From assembly GCA_964016885.1 (NCBI GenBank), contig OZ024761.1, forward strand, positions 21,328,001 to 21,392,000: DNA of 64,000 nt, read 5' to 3'. The translations under genes and the position numbers were made by a program. The DNA comes from Eledone cirrhosa. Its lineage: Eukaryota. The notes below the pieces were generated by a model that was not told the origin of the DNA, searched no databases, and saw nothing but the letters and a program-made list of their open reading frames with translations. Of this stretch, positions 1-31,500 are shown piece by piece; the first letter of the stretch is position 1, and each line of letters opens with the position of its first letter.

Positions 1-407
1 ACACCCGGATGTGGCGCATGCGCAGACTGAGCACACAACACACACACAGAAACAAAATGGCGTAGGACAGAACAAAGGAGAGGCACAAAAACAAAGAAAA
101 GAATCCCCAGTCACTGAAGAGGTCACAGAATGTGTGACGAAAGAACTTTGACAATATATAAACAACTATCTGGTTGTGGAACCAACCAACCAACCAGAAA
201 TTTATAAATTCCTAAATTTATAAATTTATTATAATAAATTGAAGTGAAAGCAACTGGTGCGTGTGTTTCTTATTGGCAACATGACCCTCCCAAAGTATAA
301 CAATATATATATGTGAGTGTGAGTGTATGTCCTTCACCACCACCACATCCCTCTTCCACCTTTCCCTTATCTAGCAACATTCCTATGTTTATGGAGGTAA
401 GTACTTA

Positions 408-19266
<18,859 letters not shown>

Positions 19267-22200
19267 CTTTGTCAGTTGCTGATGTACGTTTGTATTGATA
19301 TATAGGTATATACATAAATATAGCGATACAACTGTTATATATATATATATAAATATATACACGCAGTGTATATGAAAATCTTATATTTTGCTGGACAGTA
19401 CGATTATGAAAGTGACAATACGTACGTATGTATGTGTGTGTGTGTGTATATATATAGAGAGAGATGTCTATGTATATATAGAGAAAGAGAGTGATGTGTG
19501 TGTATACAACTGTATATATATATATATATATAGAAAGAGAGAGACAGAGAAATGTGTGTATATATAACTGTGTGTATATATATATATAGAGAGAGAGAGA
19601 GGGTTAGGGAGATGTAGATGTCGGTGTAGGTAAGAATGGGGGTGTGTACAAGACCGTATACATGTATCACTAATGTTATAGGTTTGATCCTGTCTCCATA
19701 CAGCCATACATTCTAAGCCGTAGTTTAGTATACGATGAACAATATTTTCTCACATTGACGCAAAGCTAGTAATTTAGAGGATAAAAAGGGAAAAATCGAT
19801 CATATATCGATATTGACTCTTCCCTTATTTAACTGATATTTTATTTTATTTTATCGACCACAGAACCGATGAAAGACATCGTTGACCTCAGCGAGATTCG
19901 AACTCAGATTAATCGTAGAAAAGTCGTAATAATTACATAGCGCAAAGTATTTTGTTCGGCGCTCCACCGACCTTACTAATCTATCGTCCTTAATATATAA
20001 AAAAAAATGATTTCTAGTATAGGCACAAGGCCAGCAATTTTTAGAGAAGGGAAAGTTCATTAAACCGACCTCAATACATTACTGGTACTTTATTTTATCG
20101 ACTCCGTAAGGGTGAAAAGCAAAGCTAACCTCGGCGGGATTTGAACTCAGAACGTATCGAGTAGTATTGGAAGAGAGTGTCGTGTAGTAGATATAGAGAG
20201 GGGGAGAGTTTGGTACTAAATGATATAGAGAGGGGTATTGGAAGAGAGTATCGTGTAGTAGATATAGAGAGGGGGAGAGTTGTATTGGAAGAGAGTGTCG
20301 TGTAGTAGATATAGAGAGGGGGAGAGTTTGGTACAAATTGATATAGAGAGGGGTATTAGAAGAGAGTGTCGTGTGGTAGATATGACGCAAAGCATGTCCG
20401 ACACTCTACCGATTCTGTCAATCCACCACCCTAATAATTATAATAATAATTGTTTCTACTTTTGGCACAAGGCCAGCAATTTGGAAGGGAGAGGAAAGTT
20501 TATTAAATCGACCCCCGTAAGGATGAAAGGCAAAGTTAACCTCGGAGTGATTTGAACTCAGAACATAAAGGGCCGTAACTGAATGCCACAAAGCATATTG
20601 TCGGACGCTCTACCGATTACTGCTGTTAATCAACCGCCTTCACCATTTATTTAATAATAGAAATACTACAATAAAACTTCTAGCTTTATGAGTAATGTTT
20701 CGTATTATCACGATTCACTAAATATTTGGACTTCATCTCATGTTGTTGTTGATACAAACACTGTAAAGCTATGACGTATATTTATATATAATTTGTAAAT
20801 ATTCATCTCGTGGACATTCATATATCATATATACATATATATAATTACGGATTTAGAGGTACATTTTATTATTTTCTTACGTGTAATGTTTGTGTTTACA
20901 TTGCTGCTCAGACAGTTAACAGGTAATTTTTCCCCCATAATTAGTTTTTGAGCTTATATAATGACACCTGTGTTGGCTTCGATAGTTCATGTCTTGGTGT
21001 ACCTTTTATAATTAAATCTGCCCTCGGACAAATGCACAATGAAATTCATTCAACTCCGTCCATCTCATCAACTATAGTCTTTATTTTATTTGAGATTTAT
21101 TGTATATAATGTCGTCTCCCCTTTTTAAAATATGGTGTAATTTCAAGATTTTCATCACAATATTTAGCAGGAACTGGTCGGAGTTGGGGTCTCAAATCCA
21201 CCCGACCTGTGACCTCACTGGTACATTTCACATTGCCTTTTTGTTTTAAAGTCACAATACACACACAACTACAGTATCTAATACATCCATCCTTTATTTA
21301 AACTGTAACGGAGTGATTTGAGGGCGATTTTGGCTGCTATTTCTAACAGGTGCGATTAGGTAGTGGCTCTCGTTATTGCCTGGCTGGTAGGTTGAGATAT
21401 ATATATATACATGGATATATGTTTATCCTGAGTTCAATTGGAGGTAACCACAGTAAGTAAGGGCTTCCTGATGATTTCTCCGGAATGAAACAGTTCTAGT
21501 CATGTAGAAGCCTTTCTATATTACATATACACATGCATGCATATATAGGGTGTCCCAGAAAATGTATGCAGACTTTTATTGGAATGCTGTTGAAGTGTGT
21601 ATACATGTTTTTGGACAGCCTGTATGTATGTATAGAGGGAGAGAGGTGGGACTGCTGTTATTAGTGACCTGTTTCAATATAGAACACCTCTTATCTGTCG
21701 TTTAAGGTTATATCTGTCGTCGTATCATTTATGAAAGTTCATGATGTCGCCTTGTTTTAGGACGAAAAAATAAAACAAATGCGTAGTTTCCTCCGTCCTT
21801 CCTTTATAGCCCCAGGTCTGCCAAAACCGAATAGACATACTCGTATGCAGAGACATAACGAGGGGAAATAGCTCCTATGACAAGCAGTGAAATTATGCCC
21901 CTACCCAGCACTGTATGTTTACCTATGGAGGTCTAATAATTTATATAAATGGTTTAATGATCCAGCCACCATAGTGTTCTCACCCATGATAGAGACAGAT
22001 CATACATCTGATGGAGTTTCTTTATTCACTCTCCAACGAGGTTTATTTGACTTTAATAGAACCTGTTCCTAGTCCAAGTGGCGTAACATTAAAGATTTTC
22101 TAGCCATGACTATCATGTTTGTTTTCAGCCATCGTCTACCTAATATTACACTGTCTAATGTAGTCTTAGGTGTTGCATTTTAATTAAGATGATAGGTGTG

Positions 22201-22811
22201 ATGAGGGGAAAATTTGCCTGTTATTTCTAACCGGTCATGCTAATACGTAAGGCAGTCATTGATCGTACTAGAACTAACAGCCAAATAACTACCTCAACAT
22301 TGCACCCTATCTCCTTCGTCCTACCATCTTTTTAGGTGTGTGTGATTGTTTGTGTCTGTTTTAGACTAGTTATCTAGGACTGTGTGGTGTGATTTTAGGA
22401 AGATTTGCAGCCATTTCTAGCAGGTTGAGCAGCCACATAGTGTCTTCTTTGGAAATGCTCTGATGAACTTTACTATCTAGTTCCCAAAACCCAGACATTT
22501 GTCATGTCACCAGTATGACCACTTTACAGGGTGGACTGGGTGCTTCTTGTCATGTTACCTACATGACCACTTTACACGGTGCACTGGGTACTTTTCATTG
22601 AGGCACCAACATAACCACTTTACTGGGTGGACTAGGTACATTTCATCATGGCATCAGCATAACCACTTTACAATGTGAACTGGGTGCTTTTTGTCATGTC
22701 ATCAGTGTGACAACTCTACAGTGTGGACTGAGTGCTTTTTCTCGTGTAATAGAGTTTAACCCAAAACAAGCTTTGAATTTTAACTTACAATTTTTTCTTC
22801 CTTTTTTTCAG
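19267..22811. promoter_or_regulatory. Head-to-head interval between PDE6D and PEX5; probably contains both promoters and a non-coding PEX5 exon 1 (candidate donor AG|GTAATT near 20923)
   Basis: The two start codons diverge 3.57 kb apart. A pyrimidine-rich acceptor (tttttcag, ending 22811) precedes the PEX5 ATG, implying an upstream UTR exon. Confidence 0.5.
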
Positions 22812-22834
22812 GCTAAAAATCTGGGTTTCTAACC

Positions 22835-25800
22835 ATGGCAATGAAGAATTTGGTGGAGGGTGAGTGTGGAGTTTCTAATTCTCTATTGAAATTTGCTGGA
22901 CATTTCACTGAAGACAAAGCATTCAAACAGGTAAGATTTTAATATTTTCTTCTTTATGCAAGTTTTTGTCAAGAAATTTATTAACTTTTCGCACCATGGA
23001 ATACTTTGGAACTGCCTCAAACAATTTGATTAGTCAATTGCTGTAAATAATAGCTTAGAAATGTTTGATATGAAGGACTAACGAGTGTATGTTTTCATTA
23101 CAGGAGGGTTTCTATGACTTACCCCGATACCCTGAACATAAGGTAAGCTGTTCTATGCTTTTCTCAAAACCTTAATTTATATTTATCTTCTTCTTTGCCC
23201 ACTTATTCCTGAGGGTCGTGGGGGCAGAGTCCTCGAACAATCCTTCCAACAGGTCCTGTCAGAAGAAGCAACTGTCTCCAACTGAACCGGCTGGATCCCC
23301 AACTGAGACCAACCATCTTGCTTGGGGTCTATCCTGGGTCTCCTGCCAGTTGGTTTTGCCCGTAAAATCTGTCCAACGATTCTTTCCCAAGACATTCTAA
23401 CCACATGTCTGTAGTATCAGAGCTGTGATCTCTCAGTTCAGAGATTCTTTCCCAAGACATTCTAACCACATGTCTGTAGTATCAGAGCTGTGATTTCTCA
23501 GTTCAGAGATTCTTTCCCAAGACATTCTAACCACATGTCCATAGTATCAGAGCTGTGATCTCTCAATTTAGAGATTCTTTCCCAAGACATTCTAACCACA
23601 TGTCTGTAGTATCAGAGCTGTGATCTCTCAATTTAGAGATTCTTTCCCAAGACATTCTAACCACATGTCTGTAGTATCAGAGCTGTGATCTCTCAGTTCA
23701 GAGATTCTTTCCTGAGACATTCTAACCACATGTCTGTAGTATCAGAGCTGTGATCTCTCAATTTAGAGATTCTTTCCCAAGACATTCTAACCACATGTCT
23801 GTAGTATCAGAGCTGTGATCTCTCAGTTCAGAGATTCTTTCCCAAGACATTCTAACCACATGTCTGTAGTATCAGAGCTGTGATCTCTCAATTCAGAGAT
23901 TCTTTCCCAAGACATTCTAACCACATGTCTGTAGTATCAGAGCTGTGATCTCTCAGTTCAGAGATTCTTTCCCAAGACATTCTAACCACATGTCTGTAGT
24001 ATCAGAGCTGTGATCTCTCAATTTAGAGATTCTTTCCCAAGACATTCTAACCACATGTCTGTAGTATCAGAGCTGTGATCTCTCAATTCAGAGATTCTTT
24101 CCCAAGACATTCTAACCACATGTCTGTAGTATCAGAGCTGTGATCTCTCAGTTCAGAGATTCTTTCCCAAGACATTCTAACCACATGTCTGTAGTATCAG
24201 AGCTGTGATCTCTCAATTTAGAGATTCTTTCCCAAGACATTCTAACCACATGTCTGTAGTATCAGAGCTGTGATCTCTCAATTCAGAGATTCTTTCCCAA
24301 GACATTCTAACCACATGTCTGTAGTATCAGAGCTGTGATCTCTCAGTTCAGAGATTCTTTCCCAAGACATTCTAACCACATGTCTGTAGTATCAGAGCTG
24401 TGATCTCTCAATTTAGAGATTCTTTCCCAAGACATTCTAACCACATGTCTGTAGTATCAGAGCTGTGATCTTTCAATTTAGAGATTCTTTCCCAAGACAT
24501 TCTAACCACATGTCTGTAGTATCAGAGCTGTGATCTCTCAATTTAGAGATTCTTTCCCAAGACATTCTAACCACATGTCTGTAGTATCAGAGCTGTGATC
24601 TCTCAATTCAGAGATTCTTTCCCAAGACATTCTAACCACATGTCTGTAGTATCAGAGCTGTGATCTCTCAGTTCAGAGATTCTTTCCCAAGACATTCTAA
24701 CCACATGTCTGTAGTATCAGAGCTGTGATCTCTCAATTTAGAGATTCTTTCCCAAGACATTCTAACCACATGTCTGTAGTATCAGAGCTGTGATCTCTCA
24801 ATTCAGAGATTCTTTCCCAAGACATTCTAACCATGTCTGTAGTATCAGAGCTGTGATCTCTCAGTTCAGAGATTCTTTCCCAAGACATTCTAACCACATG
24901 TCTGTAGTATCAGAGCTGTGATCTCTCAATTTAGAGATTCTTTCCCAAGACATTCTAACCACATGTCTGTAGTATCAGAGCTGTGATCTTTCAATTTAGA
25001 GATTCTTTCCTGAGACATTCTAACCACATGTCTGTAGTATCAGAGCTGTGATCTCTCAGTTCAGAGATTCTTTCCCAAGACATTCTAACCACATGTCTGT
25101 AGTATCAGAGCTGTGATCTCTCAGTTCAGAGATTCTTTCCTGAGACATTCTAACCACATGTCCATAGTATCAGAGCTGTGATTTCTCAGTTCAGAGATTC
25201 TTTCCTCAGACATTCTAACCACATGTCTGTAGTATCAGAGCTGTGATCTCTCAGTTCAGAGATTCTTTCCCAAGACATTCTAACCACACGTCTGTAGTAT
25301 CAGAGCTGTGATCTCTCAATTCAGAGAAGTAACAGCTCCACCTGGAGTGACTCTCTATTGAGTATCATTACTCCAAAGACCCCTCGGAGGAACCCTGTTT
25401 CGACTGCTTGTATTTGCAATCAAATGCTTCCATGTGGTTATATCTGTAGAGATGTATCAACGTCTATCTAATTACCTATCTATCAGTCTATCTACCTACC
25501 TACCTATCTAATTATCTATCTATCAGTCTATCTACCTACCTATATACCTACCTACCTACCTACCTACCTACCTATCTACCTACCTACCTACCTACCTATC
25601 TACCTACCTACCTGCCTATCTATATTTAATCATTGTAGGTTGAAAAACCACTGGTTTTACCCAGAGATGTTGAGGTAAGTGTCACATTCTTTACACTGAA
25701 CTTAGTGAGTCTGTAAATAATGAAGTTCTCGCCACTGCTTCAGGCAGTGGATGTGTCACTCTAGATATGTAAGTGTGTGTGGAAATATATAGATATATAT

Positions 25801-26046
25801 ATATATGGCTATTCAAGTTGAAACTTTTAACCCACAGATTACCCAGTCTTCGAATTGCTGGATGCCATTGAACTGCTCATATATATATATAGATATATAC
25901 ACACACATATACATATATATTTATTAAAATAACAGATTAAAGTTTAAGCAAAGAATTTTTGCTTTCACCCTAAACGGGATTTTCTGAAACTTATATATGA
26001 TCCTTATCAAGACTTCTTTGGATTTTAGTCTTCACATTTTTTATTA

Positions 26047-26095
<49 letters not shown>

Positions 26096-26147
26096 CCCAT
26101 GCTAGCGTGGAAAATGGACATTAAACGAAGATGATGATGATGATGAT

Positions 26148-26186
<39 letters not shown>

Positions 26187-28548
26187 TGACTGTGCTTCTG
26201 TTTTTTGTTTTTTTTCACATATTTCTTGTCCTTCCTTTGATAATTTGGCATTTTGCAGTGGGCTGATGAGTTCTTGCATAGTCAACACACACAAGCTGCA
26301 CCAGAGACCTTCCATATGGGTAGTCTTCTCCAAGAGATGCAGCAGATTGAGGAAGCTGAGATGTTTCATGAACCTCAGACAGGTGAGTGAGCAGATGCTA
26401 AATTCATTTCCATGGTAAAAGCCTTCCTTTATTTCAAACACACCCAGTACACACAGTAAAGTGGTCGGTTAACATCAGTATGAGTGGCCAGTTGCAGCCG
26501 GTTTGAACAGAAAGGGGTGAGAGAATTCTGGCTGGATATGGCCGGTTTAAATGCTAATGGGTTAAACGATGATGATGATATCCAACGCCAACACAAATCA
26601 TCCTTGTCACCCTCATCATCACCATTGTCATCATCGTCATGACCACCATCATCATCATCATCATAATCAACATCACCATCATCATACACACTGCTACATG
26701 TAGATGTTTATCTATTTCAGCTCCTGCCATTGCAGAATCTTCGGAATGGATAAAAGATTTCCTTCTTTCAGACTCTACAGAAAATCCAGAAATGGCCATG
26801 TCATCTACAATAGACCCTAATTCCTCTGTCGTGAAATGGGCTTCTGAATATCTCGATCCTGTGGACTATTTAGATTTGTAAGTTGTTGATAAACTTCCAT
26901 AGCTATTAAGATTGTGGCAGCAATGGTTAAGAAGAGACGATAGAAGTAGAAATAAAAGATGAAATAGGAAGATAGAGAGTGAGAAGAGGAAGAGATGGAA
27001 AAAAAGTCTTTTATTTCTAACTTTATCTTCTGATGAAGGACTAGTGTCTGAAACATTAAGGCCCTCTTTCTGTTATTTCAAGCGTTAAACTAATATATAT
27101 CTTCAATGTACTGTGCTGTTTGCTTTGTTATTTCTGTTTACTTTTTACATATATATATACATATATATAAATGTGTTGAGAGAGAAACTGTGTCTGAGAG
27201 GGATAGAATGTAGTGTACGGGAGAGGAGACTGAGGTGGTATGGACATGTGATGCGCATGGAGGATGACCGATGGGTGAAGAAGTGCCAGGAATTGCCAGT
27301 TGAAGGAAGACGTGGTAGAGGTAGACCCCGAAAAACATGGGCGGAGGTGGTGAGAACAGACCTCAGATCATTGAAGCTCACGGTGGAGACGACGAGGGAC
27401 CGTGACGAGTGGAGATGACGAGGGACCGTGACGAGTGGAGAGATGCTGTGCTGAATAAGACCCGTCCCACCCTTGCAAGCAGGGAAAAGCGGACATAAAA
27501 TGATGATGATGATATATATATAGTCTTTGTTTATATTTAGGAATGAAGACCTTGAAGAGGGCCAAAACTACAATCAAGAGGATGTGGCAGGAATGGTGCG
27601 TGGAATTGTTGATTTTGTCACTAATGATGGAATGGAACATACAGAAGTAATTATAGCAGTTTTGTCTTCTGTTATTCCATCTACAACATAAGTCTTAACC
27701 ATTTAGCATTTATATTACTCTATATTTACTATAATATTTTTGTGGTAAAGATGTTATCTTACATATCTCACATAATATTGAATCTATGAGATTTTGATAT
27801 TATTTATTTTGAGAACAATACCTTAATGTAGGTGAGCGGCCAGTTACAGCCGGTTTGATCAAAAAGAGGTGAGAGAATTCTGGCCGGTTTAAATATTCTG
27901 ACCTCTGTTTTGTTATTCCATCTACAACATAAGTCTTTAAAAAAATGTCCTCTCTTTTGTTATTCCACCCACAGTGTAAGTCTTAAAATACTCTGTCCTC
28001 TGTTTTGTTATTCCACCCACAATGTAAGTCTCAAAATCCCTGCCCAAACTGCAGAAAAGTGATACCCTTAAGAGAGGAAGTAGATTATCCTAAGGACTGC
28101 TGATGCTGTTATGGTGCCCAGGAACCTAAATAGTATAAAAATATGTCAGCCAAAAGGTGGCGAATTGATAGTCATTAGAACATCAGATAGAATGCTTTGT
28201 GGTATTCATTTTGACTCTCTGAGTTCAAATTCTGCTGACGTCAACTTTACCTTTTTTTCCATATATATATATATATTCTTATATTTGGGGAGGGTCATAT
28301 TGTTATAATATTGCCAGAAATAATAATAAAACACACTCACTGTTTAGTTTGGATTGGTTTTCGCTTCTGTATATTTTATATCTCCATACTTAATTTATCT
28401 GGCAATCAATGTTTATCATTGATTGACCAACGGTTAAAAGTATAGATATAAATATATATATATAGTCTATCAAAGTTCTTTCATCACACCCCTGTGACAT
28501 CATCAGTGGTACTATTATGTTTCCTCCCGTTGTATTGCAATGTCTACA

Positions 28549-28590
<42 letters not shown>

Positions 28591-31500
28591 ATAGGTGTCA
28601 CGACAAAAAAACACACAGTCCACGCTGTAATGTGGCCGTGTAGGTAACATGGTAAAAACCTCTCAGTTCCACACTGTAAACATGGTTGGTGTTAGCAGGG
28701 GCACCCAGCCGTAGAAAACCTGCCAGACAGTGCTATACGAGCGAGACATGGTCACCCAACCAATCTTGCCTCAAGTAGGACAATTCCCATCTAAACCCAT
28801 GCTAGCATGGAAGATAGACATTAAACGATGATGATGATTATACATACGCAATATTTGTTTTATCTTTGTAGAGTGCGAAATCTTTGGTTGACCAATGGCA
28901 AGAGGAATTCACTAAAGAAATGGGTAGTAAGAAAATTTCTGATGACCAGTTCTGGGAGAACCTTCAGAAACACTGGGAAGATGTTGACCGGTAATTTATT
29001 TTTTTAATTATTTTTTTCATCGTCTATTTTGCGAACAATACCTTAACATAAGTATGAGTGGCCGGTTACAGTCGGTTTGAACAGAAAGAGGTGAGAGAAT
29101 TCTGGCCTGATACGACCAGTTTAGATGTTAAAGGGTTAATATGAATAAAGGATTGTCTATTTTTGTTGTGTTTTAGAAATGTGAACGGAGGCCATCCTTG
29201 GTTGACTGAATATTCTGACACTGACCTCTACCAGGTTATTATAGTCTTTCATATCTCTCTCTCTTCCTTTCTCTTTCTCTATCTCTTCCTTCATCTCTCT
29301 ATCTTTCTGTCTCCCTTTCTCTCTCTTCCTTCTTCTCTCTATCTCTCTGTCTCCCTTTCTCTCTCTTCCTTTTTCACTCTCTCTGTTGCCCACCTCTCTT
29401 TCACTCTACAACTCTTCCTCCATTCTCTCTCTTCTTCCCACCTCTCTCTTTCATTTCAATGTAAACTCACACCTGGATACACAAGAGGTGTGAATTCAAT
29501 CCCCACCCACAGTGATGCCCTGTTTTTTTCCCTGTTCTAGGGGGTCTTATACACCCCGTTATTATTAGACTATTTTCTGAGATCAATAAATATGATGAAT
29601 GATACTTTGATTGAGATCAATATGTTGTAATTATATATCATGTGATCCCTTTTACAGGATTACAAGTTTGCTAGTGATAACCCATTGCTGGAGCAGAAGG
29701 ACCCTTTCAATGCTGGACTGGAGAAACTGAAAAAGGGAGACATACCCAATGCTGTCCTCTTGTTTGAAGCAGCCGTACAGAAGGATTCTAACCACTCTGA
29801 GGTACATTTTTGTGGGGTATTATAGGGGATCCCAGATCTGGACACTCAGTCAGTGTATGTCTAACCCTTTACCATTTACATTACTCTATATTTACAAATT
29901 TATTTTCATGGTAAAGGTTTTACCTCACATAATTATCTCACATATATAGAATCTATGAGATTTTGATATTATTTATTTTGAGAACAATACCTTAACATCA
30001 GTATAAGCGGCCAGTTTGAACAGAAAGCGGTGAGAGAATGCTGGCCGGTTTAAATGCTAAAGGGCTAGCAGTCTGCTCTGGTGAGCCACAACAGTGGTTC
30101 ATTCTTCTTAGCTGGTTTCAACCTGGTCGTCAGTGACAAAGTCTCTGCGCCACACATCTTGGTCAAACATCATCGTCTTGAGGTCCTGGCTGCAGTCTAG
30201 GCCAGTGTCTTTGATCAGGTTGTCAATGTAAGAGTATCGGTATTTTCTTCTCTTTACAACTCCACGAAATGGGTTCCAAAGGACTAACTTGGATGCTCCC
30301 AGTTCAGGGTGTCGCAATGACCAGATATGTGTGTAGCCAATTTAGGGACACCCGCTCCCTACTGGTGTTTACATTACAGCAGCACTTCTAAAAATCCTCT
30401 CTACCCTTAAGGGAAAGAAGAAGATAATTGAAGGGTTCACTGTGGCCCCTATGTGACCCTGTTATTCTCTACTCTATATTTTCTTTACTTTCCTTTAGGC
30501 TTGGCAGTATCTTGGCACTACACAAGCTGAAAATGAAAGGGAACCAGCAGCCATTGCTGCCCTTAAAAAGTGAGTATCATATTCTCGGATCCCAAATAAT
30601 AGGGTGGGTGGGTGTTGGACATTTGCTTAAATTCTTATAAGCGGAGTGGGGTTGGAACAAACAGGAAAGGGGAATCAGTAATTGTATAGTGTACATTCGT
30701 AAATATGGGATTTCTTATAATGTTCTTTTTTGTCATATATATTTTGCCAGGTGGTGTTATTAAGTTAGACATGGCCTGGGCCAGTACTGGCCAAAACCTA
30801 TCAAAGTTATGTTATTTTTAATGTAAAATAAAATGATTATTACATTCTCTAGCTGCTGTATTGATATGAATCACTTACAATAAAATTTCGCCAGATATAG
30901 ATTAGTAAAATTTAATAAGTCTGGGGTTTGGAAATAATCTGAAAAATTAACAAGTGTGAGTAGGGGACGATTATTCAAGACCTGAGAGTACATGAAATAT
31001 TTGGTATCTGATTTAGACACAAAGCCAACAATTTCGGGGGAGGGGAAAGATGAATAAATCGATCCCAGTGCATTACTGGTACTTTATTTTATCGACTCTG
31101 TAAGTATGAAAGGTAAAGCTATCTTGTTTTTGTTTTTTTTTATAGATGTTTGGAATTGCAGCCTGACAACCTGACCTCCTGGATGGCCATCGCAGTAAGT
31201 TACACCAACGAATACCAACAGTTACAAGCCTGTTCAGCCCTGAAGTCATGGTTGGAACACAATCCACACTATTCCCATTTGATATCCAGCTCCCAATCAA
31301 TGCCTGACAGTGGGGCAGATATTGGTTCATCCATGGCTTCAAAGTGAGTAGAATTTCTTGGAAGTTACACTAATATAGTTGACTCTTAACATCCTCTTCC
31401 ACATGAAACTGCATCACCATGACTACATCACATTAAATATTAAAGTCTTTACTATAATACTGTAAATGTTCACAACAATCTGTCCACCAGTAAAGATGCT

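Noticed and set aside
23378-25325. CRISPR-like regular repeats (also 7069-8739 and 9612-11250)
   Set aside because: No unique spacers and no cas genes; these are head-to-tail eukaryotic minisatellites.
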